Shown here: one piece after another, positions 45,728-54,083 of the stretch
Layout: the number at the start of each line of letters is the position of its first letter
Numbering within the stretch: position 1 is the stretch's first letter
Source of the DNA: a virus
Reading direction: 5' to 3' (one strand)
Length of the DNA: 64,000 nucleotides
Virus record (IMG/VR): IMGVR_UViG_3300045974_000429
Coordinates: 19,745 to 83,744 of that record
Program-made: the position numbers and the translations under genes
The notes under the pieces: generated by a model
Told to the model about the DNA's origin: nothing
Seen by the model: the letters and a program-made list of their open reading frames with translations, nothing else
Databases searched by the model: none

Positions 45728-46368
45728 GCCGATGCGAACTTCCCGTCCTCGTCCCGCTTGATGTCGTCCGGGTGCCGCGGGCCGGCGTCGGCGCCTTTCT
45801 GCGCCGCGTGGACCGCGGCTGTGGCCTTCCGAGCAGCCTTCATGTCGGCCATTCGAGCCTTCCCTTCTCCGGCCCGGCTGGCGATGGCCGCGTGGACCGC
45901 GGCAGCGGCTTGGTGCGCCGCGACGACGTCCGGGTGCCCGCCGGCCTTCGCGGCGGAGTCGTGCATCTCGGCCATCTTGGAGTGCTGCACCTGAAGAGAT
46001 TTCTGGACGCCGCTCTTGTCCGGTAGCTTCTGCTTGGTCTGCGCCTGGATCTTGGCGACATCGACGTTGATGCCGAGGTGCTTCTTCGCATGCTCCGCCC
46101 ACTTCTCCAGCGGCATGTCGTGCCGCGCGGAGTTGCACCCGTGGCAGGCTGGGACGAGGTTGCGCGCGTTGTCCTTCCCGCCGGCGGACTCCGGCTTGAT
46201 GTGGTCGAGATGCATGTGGCGGCCGGCTGCCGCCTCCTTGATGGCAGAGGCGCCGCAGTGCGCGCACTCGTGCCCTCCTCGCGCGTGAATCGCCGTGCCG
46301 GTCATGCCGAGGCGCTTGGAGAGGCTCTCCCGATTTTTTCGGGCTGCGTGCTGGGCTCGCGTGACCAT
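45724..46368 (-). CDS. HNH-domain protein with C-terminal RDEDGKF motif
   Basis: CAHC...LDHIKP...GG.D...NLVPACHGCN; Ala/His-rich tail. Confidence 0.85.
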   Translation of the reverse strand: MVTRAQHAARKNRESLSKRLGMTGTAIHARGGHECAHCGASAIKEAAAGRHMHLDHIKPESAGGKDNARNLVPACHGCNSARHDMPLEKWAEHAKKHLGINVDVAKIQAQTKQKLPDKSGVQKSLQVQHSKMAEMHDSAAKAGGHPDVVAAHQAAAAVHAAIASRAGEGKARMADMKAARKATAAVHAAQKGADAGPRHPDDIKRDEDGKFASA

Positions 46369-46574
46369 TAGGGCACCATCGTGTCGTCGGGCGCGTCCGA
46401 GCCGTTCTCGGGGTCGTCGATGGCGTCCTCGTCCACTTCCTGCGTGTGCTCTTCGCAGAGGTGGAACACGGTGCCGCCGAACGCGCGGTCGTGGGCGGCC
46501 GGCTTGCCGCAGAGGTCGCCGTTGCCATCAGGAGCCATGCATTTCGTTCCGGGGCGCATCGTTGGGGCAGCCAT
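46368..46574 (-). CDS. Small Zn-finger-like protein
   Basis: C....CGKPA.H......LC.EH; GGAGG RBS. Confidence 0.6.
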   Translation of the reverse strand: MAAPTMRPGTKCMAPDGNGDLCGKPAAHDRAFGGTVFHLCEEHTQEVDEDAIDDPENGSDAPDDTMVP

Positions 46575-46617
46575 TGATCCTCCGAGGATATTTAATTCTT
46601 GCGCGGGCGAGGCCATT

Positions 46618-47697
46618 TTACTCCGCGGGGGCGCCGTCGCCAAAATCCGTGATCGTGAACGGCGCGGAAGGCTGCGGCGCGCCGCCATTCTGGGAGCGCT
46701 TGATCTTCCGCGGTGGCAGCATTTCCAGCGTGAACGGGACTCGGGCGCCGCCGGACAAGATCCAGCCGGGGATGCCCCACTCCGGGCGCCACGCCTGGAG
46801 GACGGACCTGTCGTTGGGGCGGTTGGGCGGGTAGGGCCAGCTCTTCCCGATCAAGGAGGCCGGGACGACCATCTTGCCCTTGTGGTCCGGGACCGGAGCG
46901 GTCGCAGGCATCGTGAACGCGCCGCCGGGAGCGGCTACCTGCCCGTGCATGGCGATGGAGTCCACGCCCACCCGGTCGTCCAGTGGCGCGCCGCTCTCGT
47001 CGTCGCACAGCTCCGACCAGCGTTGGTAGATGTCGCCCAACTCGTCCGCCGCGGCGTCGATGCCGTCCGAGGTCGCGGCGGAGAACGCCCAGGACGTTTC
47101 GGTGCGGACGATGCGCTCCGCCTTCCAGAACTCGCCGTGCGTGACCTGCTGGATGCGGTCGATGGCGTCATCGGTCGTCTCGCCGGTGGCTAGGGACAGC
47201 GCCATCCCTTCCTGCACGGAGTCGATGGTGCCGCGGCCCCAGGCGCTCATGGAAGAGGCGTGCTGTTCGAGGAGCGATTGGCGGCGGCCCTGGATCACGC
47301 CGGCGAACACGGACGCCTCCTCGGTCGGGAGGCTGATCTCGGCACCCGTGAACGCCTGCTCCAGCCGTCCGATGTCCTGGGATAGCCCGTCGAGGGCTTC
47401 CGCCTGCGCCTGCCAGGAGAGGTTCCCGAGCTGGCCCGCCATCATCTGGCTGATCTGGGCCTGCCCCTCTCGAACCTGAACGAGGAGCTGCCGGTGCTGG
47501 AGGGCGGAGAAGGTATCCCCGCGGGCGCGCCCCACCGCTCGCCGGAGCTTCGCTTCAAGCTCCGCCTGGGCAGCGGTGTAGAGCTTCTTGAGCCGCTTGA
47601 GGTTGCCGCCGCCGGCCACCCGCTCCAGCCGGGCGCGGTGGCTCGCGGTGACCTCCGCGAACGCCGCCGACACCTTGGGCTTCTTCTTGGGCGCCAC
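46618..47697 (-). CDS. Head morphogenesis protein (MuF/SPP1 gp7-like)
   Basis: AERIVRTE, DDR...DS..MHGQ, PPNRPNDRS. Confidence 0.9.
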   Translation of the reverse strand: MAPKKKPKVSAAFAEVTASHRARLERVAGGGNLKRLKKLYTAAQAELEAKLRRAVGRARGDTFSALQHRQLLVQVREGQAQISQMMAGQLGNLSWQAQAEALDGLSQDIGRLEQAFTGAEISLPTEEASVFAGVIQGRRQSLLEQHASSMSAWGRGTIDSVQEGMALSLATGETTDDAIDRIQQVTHGEFWKAERIVRTETSWAFSAATSDGIDAAADELGDIYQRWSELCDDESGAPLDDRVGVDSIAMHGQVAAPGGAFTMPATAPVPDHKGKMVVPASLIGKSWPYPPNRPNDRSVLQAWRPEWGIPGWILSGGARVPFTLEMLPPRKIKRSQNGGAPQPSAPFTITDFGDGAPAE

Positions 47698-47706
47698 GGT
47701 GCTCGG

Positions 47707-48114
47707 TTACCCGACCACCTGGATTGTGGGCTTCATCAACTCCGGGCCTTTTCTCACTTCGACAAGCGCCCAGCTCGGGTGATGGGCCGCCGCCTTCTCC
47801 GCGGCAGGAGCGCACTGATTACAAGCGGCAATTTCCGCGGTGAAAACGAACTCACCGAAAATAGTGGGATATATCGGGAGCTTACCCTCGAACTTGGCGG
47901 CGTGGAGGAGCGCCTGACCGGGGCCGAAGATGCGGAGGAAGTCCTGCATCGGGTAGTAGGTGCGGATCCAGATCGCGCAGCCCTTCTTCCCGCAGCCGGT
48001 ACAGGTGAGGTGGGGCGGGATCGTCCCGCGCCTCCACGCCTCCACGTTCGTCTCGGAACCCTTGAAGTGCGCCTTCCTGATGTGATGCACGGGCGGCTTG
48101 GCTGGCGAGGTCAT
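47707..48114 (-). CDS. Hypothetical protein with two CxxC pairs
   Basis: ATGA-coupled; CTGC...CNQC. Confidence 0.6.
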   Translation of the reverse strand: MTSPAKPPVHHIRKAHFKGSETNVEAWRRGTIPPHLTCTGCGKKGCAIWIRTYYPMQDFLRIFGPGQALLHAAKFEGKLPIYPTIFGEFVFTAEIAACNQCAPAAEKAAAHHPSWALVEVRKGPELMKPTIQVVG

Positions 48115-48410
48115 TCGGGCAAAGTAGCCCGGCCGGAGTCCGCCTTCAAGTCGCCAGATGCCGGGAGGTCGCCTGCCATCTCCGCGACGTGGCGCGCCAG
48201 GGCCTGCAATTCCCGAAACGCCTCCGGGGTGGCGAAGCGAGCGCGCTGCATGACGACGTCGTGGATCTCGCCGAGAGTCGCGTACCGGGTGCGCCGCTGA
48301 ACCTCCGGCACGATCGGATTCTTCTCGCAGACGGGGCCGTGCTGGATGGCGTGGGGGCGATCCAGCAAAATCCGGCCGCACCAAGTACAAGAAAATCCCA
48401 CGCCGCTCAT
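48111..48410 (-). CDS. Hypothetical protein (Zn-finger-like)
   Basis: CTWC...H...C.KNP; ATGA-coupled. Confidence 0.55.
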   Translation of the reverse strand: MSGVGFSCTWCGRILLDRPHAIQHGPVCEKNPIVPEVQRRTRYATLGEIHDVVMQRARFATPEAFRELQALARHVAEMAGDLPASGDLKADSGRATLPE

Positions 48411-48856
48411 CGCTGGCCTCCGTAGACGCCTGCGATCTCGTCCCAGCTCCAGCCGTCTCCGGCCGAGCCGAACCGCAGGCAGCGGTCGTCGATGAACAGA
48501 TCCACGATGGGCTTGCCGCCGTGTCCCTCGTCCACGGCTTCGAACACGCCGGGAAGCTCGCGGGCGACGAACTCCAGCATCCGCTCGTAGCGAGCTTGGT
48601 GGAGTGGCCGCGCCGCCTGCCAGCGGCTCATGGAGGCCGAGGAGAGGCCGCCGCGGGCGCGCACGAACGGGTCGAAACTCGGGTCTTCGCGCAGGGCCTT
48701 GGAGGCTCGCGCGGACCACAGGAGGAGGCGGTGCCCGGCGGCCTTCAGGGCGAGCAGCCCCTCGCGGGCGTAGGGCACGAGAACGAGCGGAGAGGTCACG
48801 CTGTAGACGGCAGAGTGCTGGGCGATCACGCCGTCGAAGTCCACGGCGATCTTCAC
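48407..48856 (-). CDS. HAD-superfamily hydrolase
   Basis: IAVDFDGVI, LWSAR, KP..DLFIDDR. Confidence 0.85.
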   Translation of the reverse strand: MKIAVDFDGVIAQHSAVYSVTSPLVLVPYAREGLLALKAAGHRLLLWSARASKALREDPSFDPFVRARGGLSSASMSRWQAARPLHQARYERMLEFVARELPGVFEAVDEGHGGKPIVDLFIDDRCLRFGSAGDGWSWDEIAGVYGGQR

Positions 48857-49278
48857 CTCAGCACCGTGCCCGGTAGGAGTCCCTTGCTGCCGGCCTTGCG
48901 CGCGTCCACCTCGAACGGGTTGCGCTGGTAGCCGAAGACGAGCAGGCAGAGCAGGTAGGCGGGGATCATGAAGACGCCCCAGCACCGCGCCTGGAAGGCG
49001 TGCTGCCGCTCGTGGTAGGTCACGACCAGATATTCGTCCTCGCCCGGCATGTAGACGATCACCCATCCGGCGGTGAAGCCCGCCCAGCCGGTGAAGAACT
49101 TGTGCATCAGCGAGTAGGGGACGACCTGCCACGCCCAACAGCGATGCCCGTCCCAGCGCAGGGGGCGGACCTGCCCGATCAGCCAGCCGGGGAGGAGGAC
49201 CAGCAGCATGAGGATGACGAGCGGACTCGCCCAGACGTACCCGAGGACGAACGCGATGCTGCGGAGGGCGTCTAGCAT
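48853..49278 (-). CDS. Membrane HExxH protein (zincin/DUF4157-like)
   Basis: Hydrophobic N terminus; HERQH..Q...Y..NPFE.DAR. Confidence 0.75.
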   Translation of the reverse strand: MLDALRSIAFVLGYVWASPLVILMLLVLLPGWLIGQVRPLRWDGHRCWAWQVVPYSLMHKFFTGWAGFTAGWVIVYMPGEDEYLVVTYHERQHAFQARCWGVFMIPAYLLCLLVFGYQRNPFEVDARKAGSKGLLPGTVLR

Positions 49279-49347
49279 GAGCGGCTCCAGAGGCGAGTGG
49301 CGTGCGGCGCAGCCTACCTCCGCACGCCTGCCGGCACAACTACCCGA

Positions 49348-49581
49348 CTACTCTTCCTCTTCGGCATCCTCGTCCTGCTCCTCGTCCTCGCAGTCGAGGC
49401 AGAATGCGCCCTCGGCCATCTTCGCGGCGTCGAGGATGAGGTCCAGCTCCTCGACGGTAAAGGCGACCTCGGCCGCCTCGCCGGCGTGGGAGGCCGCCGC
49501 GGAGATCAGGCCGCCGCGGCAGATGAACTCCGTCTCGTACCCGTTCTCTTCCGTGATCGTGATCGTGATCTTCTTGCCCAT
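49348..49581 (-). CDS. Small acidic hypothetical protein
   Basis: GGAGG RBS, 77 aa. Confidence 0.6.
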   Translation of the reverse strand: MGKKITITITEENGYETEFICRGGLISAAASHAGEAAEVAFTVEELDLILDAAKMAEGAFCLDCEDEEQDEDAEEEE

Positions 49582-49622
49582 GTGCCACCTCCGTGTTCGC
49601 CCGGCGGGGTGCCGGAACGGCC

Positions 49623-50681
49623 TCAAGGCCAGGAGCCACCATACGGGATCCAGATCGGGGTTCGACCGCCGTCCAGGACGACTCCGATCCCGTTCACCGC
49701 TCGCCAAGTGGCATTCCGGCCATATTCAAAGGCAATCTGATCTCGGTCGATCAAGCTCCCCACACACATGCCCCACACCCGTTGCCCGAGCGTTTCGACG
49801 TGGACGACGCCGGGCTGCGCGTGGGCGTGCCCCCAGACCGTGTTCACGCCGTTGAGGGCCGGGCGCTGCCGCATGGCGCTGACCGACTGCGGGCCTGCGT
49901 GGCCGTGCTCGACCAGGAACGGCTGGCGCGAAGCTTTGACTCTCCACATTTCTGCCCATTCCCACCCGGAAGGGGCGTCGAGTATTTCTCGGTGAGCGCG
50001 GATGAGCTGCTCCGGGATTTGCGCCTCCGCCGCCCGCTTCAAGATCCTGCCGCCGTGGTTGGAGAAGCAGACCTTCACGAACGGGAAGGCCGCGTACCAG
50101 CGGCGGAGCTTGTCGCGGAGCGCCTCCAGTTCCTGTTCGGGCGTGTGTGGTGCGGTCGGGAGTCGCGGGAATCGGCTCCAGTGATAGAAGTCCACCTCGT
50201 CGCCCACGCACAGCACCCGGCCCGGCTCGCGGACCTCCACGCGAAACTCGCGAGCCGCCGCCGCGACGAACTCAAGTGCCGCTTTCGCTTCGTACGGAAC
50301 TTGGAGATCGCTGACGACCAAATAGCTCTCGCCGCGCGTCTTGCTCGTGTGGATCGCCGGGCCGTCCCGCAGCGGCGTCTCGCCGGTCAAGATCGCTGCG
50401 TCGCTTGAATCTCGCCGACGCTGGGTGCAGGGATCTTGCGCCTGCGGATCTCCGTCCTCAAGCCGCACGGGCTCGCTCTCCTGGGTGTCGGCCAGCGAGT
50501 CGTGCGGCGCGGCGTCGTCGCCGAAGTCGAAAATGTCGATGATCTCTACGTTGGGTTGCCACTCTTTGCGGCGCTCATCCCGATACCGCTTGGACTCCAA
50601 CCTGACACACTCTCTGCAGCGCGTCGTCCCGTCAGCCCTTTGGACCCTCATCGTTGCCGGGTGGCCCGCCTTGCAGGTCAT
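49623..50681 (-). CDS. Calcineurin-like metallophosphoesterase with N-terminal Zn-finger-like segment
   Basis: SDLQ, GDEVD, SNH, HGH, GHAH motifs; N-terminal CKAGH...CREC. Confidence 0.88.
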   Translation of the reverse strand: MTCKAGHPATMRVQRADGTTRCRECVRLESKRYRDERRKEWQPNVEIIDIFDFGDDAAPHDSLADTQESEPVRLEDGDPQAQDPCTQRRRDSSDAAILTGETPLRDGPAIHTSKTRGESYLVVSDLQVPYEAKAALEFVAAAAREFRVEVREPGRVLCVGDEVDFYHWSRFPRLPTAPHTPEQELEALRDKLRRWYAAFPFVKVCFSNHGGRILKRAAEAQIPEQLIRAHREILDAPSGWEWAEMWRVKASRQPFLVEHGHAGPQSVSAMRQRPALNGVNTVWGHAHAQPGVVHVETLGQRVWGMCVGSLIDRDQIAFEYGRNATWRAVNGIGVVLDGGRTPIWIPYGGSWP

Positions 50682-50741
50682 CCAAACCTCTTCGAGAGTG
50701 ACGACGCACCCTCGTCGAGATCCTTGCCGGCGTCAAGCGCA

Positions 50742-51320
50742 CTACTTCACGCTAGACAGTTCGGTCGAGGACGCCAGTTTCTTGATCGACGGCGAGGACC
50801 CCGCCTTGAGGTACTCGGCGATGTCGATGATCTGCGAGTTCTGGTTGCGCTGGTACGTCAGCTCGGATTTGATGGCCGTGATGCCCTCGCTGAACTCGTG
50901 CTTCATCGTCATGAGGGTGAGCTTCTCATCCGCAATGTGCTCCTTGAGGGCGGCCGCCTGCTCCTTCCCGGCTGCGGTGATGGCCTCCTGAACGGCGGAG
51001 CGCGTGCGCTGGGCCGCCTCCTTGGAGTGGTCTTCCAGCGCGCCCTTGACCTCGCCGCGAGCCGTCCGCTGGATGGCCTCCTGCGTCTCCTTGGCCGCGA
51101 AGTGGTTGGCCGCCTCCTCCTTGGCGGTCCGCTTCATCCAGTTGTGGACCCAGAGGTAGCCGGTGATGACCGTCCCGATACCGACTCCGATGGCGGCGAG
51201 TCCGGCCAGGACCATCGCGATCTGTCCGGGCGTCGTGACCGGCAGGGCTTGGGAGATCATCGCCAAGCCGGAGGATGCGAAGGCGCCGCCGACGAGGAGA
51301 ACCTTGGGGTGGGCGATCAT
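50742..51320 (-). CDS. Membrane protein (2 TM + coiled coil), lysis-cassette associated
   Basis: Two N-terminal hydrophobic segments; AGGAG RBS. Confidence 0.65.
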   Translation of the reverse strand: MIAHPKVLLVGGAFASSGLAMISQALPVTTPGQIAMVLAGLAAIGVGIGTVITGYLWVHNWMKRTAKEEAANHFAAKETQEAIQRTARGEVKGALEDHSKEAAQRTRSAVQEAITAAGKEQAAALKEHIADEKLTLMTMKHEFSEGITAIKSELTYQRNQNSQIIDIAEYLKAGSSPSIKKLASSTELSSVK

Positions 51321-51330
51321 CGCATGGCTC

Positions 51331-51945
51331 CTAGAAGGTCACCCGAAAGCCGGCGGTGGCCTCCGGCTTGGTCGGGGTGACGGTCGCCTCCACCCATACA
51401 GGACCGAGCAGGCGCACACCAAGCCCAGCGACCGGCCGCGGCTGCAGCTCGGTCCCGACATGGACTCCACCAGCCAGCGACCAGCGCGGCAGGGGCGCAG
51501 GAGGCTGCGGGATGACGATGCGCTCAGCCTGGGCCTCGTGGCGCTCGGTGCTGCTCGCGCTGGCGGTCGTGTCGGATGACGAGCCGGAGTTGATGCTGTC
51601 GATGACGCTCGTCCACGTCTCCCGCTCGGCTTGCAGGATGCTGGAGCAGTCAAGAGCCCCTGGCGCGGGGCTAGGGGTCGAGGTCGGAGCCGGGGTGGAG
51701 ATCGTACGCCACCGCTCGATGACGTGGGTAGGGCCGGTGACGACATGCGTCGGACCCTCCACCGTCACGGTGCGGATAAGCGCCGCGCGCTCCGTCTCCG
51801 TAAGATCGCGGGTGCGGTACTCAGTCTTGACAATGGGAGCGGGGGTGGGCTTGAGGCGCCACGCCGCTGCGCCTCCAGCGGCGAGGCCCAGGACGAGCGC
51901 AGCGAGAAGCGCCCACTTCAGGTGTACACGCAGGAGGTCGATCAC
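51331..51945 (-). CDS. Spanin-like protein: N-terminal TM, C-terminal amphipathic beta-strands ending in Phe
   Basis: WALLAALVLGLAAGGAAAW; C terminus RWSLAGGVHVG...AGLGVRLLGPVWVEATV...TAGFRVTF. Confidence 0.55.
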   Translation of the reverse strand: MIDLLRVHLKWALLAALVLGLAAGGAAAWRLKPTPAPIVKTEYRTRDLTETERAALIRTVTVEGPTHVVTGPTHVIERWRTISTPAPTSTPSPAPGALDCSSILQAERETWTSVIDSINSGSSSDTTASASSTERHEAQAERIVIPQPPAPLPRWSLAGGVHVGTELQPRPVAGLGVRLLGPVWVEATVTPTKPEATAGFRVTF

Positions 51946-52184
51946 GGCAGCACCGCCAGCAACCCCAGCGAGACGACGACGCCAATCCCAACGCCCACGA
52001 GGTCCGCCACGAGGTCCCAGGTGTCGGGGTCACCCTGGTGCAGCCAGCGATCCCAGACAACCTCTTTCGCCACGCCGATGCCGACCACCAGGGAGATGAC
52101 GACCCACGCTGGCATGTGGACGAGGCCGAAGACGACGAGCAGGGCCGAGATGCCGATGTGCTGGAGCTTGTCGGGGGCGATCAC
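51942..52184 (-). CDS. Small membrane protein (VanZ/YfiM-like)
   Basis: DKLQH...KE..WD......DLVAD..G. Confidence 0.7.
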   Translation of the reverse strand: MIAPDKLQHIGISALLVVFGLVHMPAWVVISLVVGIGVAKEVVWDRWLHQGDPDTWDLVADLVGVGIGVVVSLGLLAVLP

Positions 52185-52450
52185 GGCTTGGCCTCGGGCG
52201 CGGGGTCGCCGGGCTTCGCGTCCGACATCAGCACGCGCTTGACGCCCGGGAGGCCCGTGCCGTTCGCCAGGGCCTGGAGTGTGCTCGCCCCGGCCTGACC
52301 CAGCGAGCAGAGCCAGGACAAGAAGCAAAACGCTTCGTAGGCGCGTGCCGTCATGTCGGTCCACCCGTGGCGGGTGCCGACCACGAACGCGGTGAGTTGC
52401 ATCCCGACGACGCCGAGAGCGGTCAGGACGGTGCGGTAGGCGGGGATCAT
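52181..52450 (-). CDS. Putative holin
   Basis: 89 aa, two TM segments, charged C terminus. Confidence 0.55.
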   Translation of the reverse strand: MIPAYRTVLTALGVVGMQLTAFVVGTRHGWTDMTARAYEAFCFLSWLCSLGQAGASTLQALANGTGLPGVKRVLMSDAKPGDPAPEAKP

Positions 52451-52460
52451 GATGGTAGTC

Positions 52461-54044
52461 TCAGTTCTGGACGTCGTCACTGGAGGAGATCTGTTTCCAG
52501 TACCCGCCGTCATTTAAGAACGTGATTGACCTGGCGTAGCCGTTGGTCGGGTTGGCATAGCTCCCCGAGATGATGACGTGCGAATCGAATGAGACTGCCC
52601 CCATCACCCCGAAGAAATTACGGATACGAACCGTGATGATCTGGCCGTTAACTCCGTTGGATGGCGGCCCGATTGTGAACGCAGTTCCATTGTACACATC
52701 GAGGTAGAACACAGACCCGAGCGAAGCATTAATCGTAACCGTCCCGCCGGTAGGGAAAGTGCGCGGAGCGATGGTCACCGCACTGGGGCCGGACACCGCA
52801 AGGCTCGCCACATTGGCAGAACCAAAGCTGCTGGTCTGGTGTCCGGCCCCGTCGTTGTAGAACATCGGTGCCGGATAGGCAGATATGTCGCCTCCCTGCC
52901 ATACCGGTGGTGTGTTTCCAACGTCGGCACCGATCACGGGAATCCTAGCCCCGGTGGCAAACCACAACGAAGTGCCAGTGGCGGTATATGTGCTGTCGTT
53001 GCCGTCCCACTTTCCCCCGATGATGGCGCCTCCCCTCACAAGGCCGTCGAATCGGCCAGCGATAGAAGTCGGCTGTCTATAGCTGTTGCTGCCGTAGATG
53101 ATCGGATTCACAACGGTGATCCACGTCGGAGTAGCATCGCCGGCCTGAATGCCGTTCCCGCCATTGTTCTCGATATACGGATGCGAAACAGATACGGTGC
53201 CCCCGTGGACTATAAGCCCGTGTCCAGCAGCGTGCGTGACCGATCCGTTGTTCTCGAAAATGCAGTCCTCAAACACGGTCTGCGAGCCGAGAGACATGAC
53301 CTCTGCGCCGGGACCGTCAGTGGTGGAATCAAAGTAGACTCTACGAAACGTGACCGTGGTGAAACCGGTAACACCGTCCCCGATGCGCGCCCCGGCGCTC
53401 TTGCTGATGCGGAACCGGCTATTGGTGATGGCGACCTCCTGGCCGCCCACAAGGTAAAGCCCGTAGCGTCCGGCGCCCTCGGTGATCACGTTGTCGAGGG
53501 CGACCGGCCCCCAATGGTTCGCGGGGTACGAAATCAAGTCGCGAGACTGCGTTGCTGACGAAATTACGGCCATGTTCCGGATGCCAGAGTTTGCCCACCC
53601 GGTCCCGTTCGGCTGGGCAAAGCTCAGGGCGTCGGTCGAGGTGGTGCCGATGAGGCGTATCGCCGTTGTCCTGATTCCGTCCCCGGACAGAGTGACCCCG
53701 GGTTTCAAATAGATAGTACGCGTGATCCTGTATACTCCTCGCGGCAGGAAAACGCTCCGACCCGGCCCGTAGTCGCCCAGGATGGCCGTGTTGGAGTAGG
53801 CAGCGTCAATGGCATTTTGGATGCTATCGGAGTCGTCTGTCCCCCCATCGCCGACGGCCCCGAAGTCCTTCACGGACACGGTGTCCCGCGCCCTGTCCTC
53901 AATCGTGCGGAGCACCGCCCCCGTCCCCGCCTGGAGGACCGTGCCCTGCTGGCTGATGCCGCGGCCTCCGGTTGGGACGGCAAGGGCGATGCCGGAGGCG
54001 AGGAGGACCAGAGCGGCGAGGGTGATCTTGAAGCCTGTGGACAT
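52461..54044 (-). CDS. Second tailspike-like beta-helix protein with N-terminal signal peptide
   Basis: MSTGFKITLAALVLLASGIALA; TVSVKDFGAVGDGGTDDSDSIQNAID..VFLPRGVY; lower-GC body; AAGGAG RBS. Confidence 0.85.
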   Translation of the reverse strand: MSTGFKITLAALVLLASGIALAVPTGGRGISQQGTVLQAGTGAVLRTIEDRARDTVSVKDFGAVGDGGTDDSDSIQNAIDAAYSNTAILGDYGPGRSVFLPRGVYRITRTIYLKPGVTLSGDGIRTTAIRLIGTTSTDALSFAQPNGTGWANSGIRNMAVISSATQSRDLISYPANHWGPVALDNVITEGAGRYGLYLVGGQEVAITNSRFRISKSAGARIGDGVTGFTTVTFRRVYFDSTTDGPGAEVMSLGSQTVFEDCIFENNGSVTHAAGHGLIVHGGTVSVSHPYIENNGGNGIQAGDATPTWITVVNPIIYGSNSYRQPTSIAGRFDGLVRGGAIIGGKWDGNDSTYTATGTSLWFATGARIPVIGADVGNTPPVWQGGDISAYPAPMFYNDGAGHQTSSFGSANVASLAVSGPSAVTIAPRTFPTGGTVTINASLGSVFYLDVYNGTAFTIGPPSNGVNGQIITVRIRNFFGVMGAVSFDSHVIISGSYANPTNGYARSITFLNDGGYWKQISSSDDVQN

Positions 54045-54083
54045 TCTTTTCTCCTTGGCCGCGCGAGCATACATGAACGGCGG

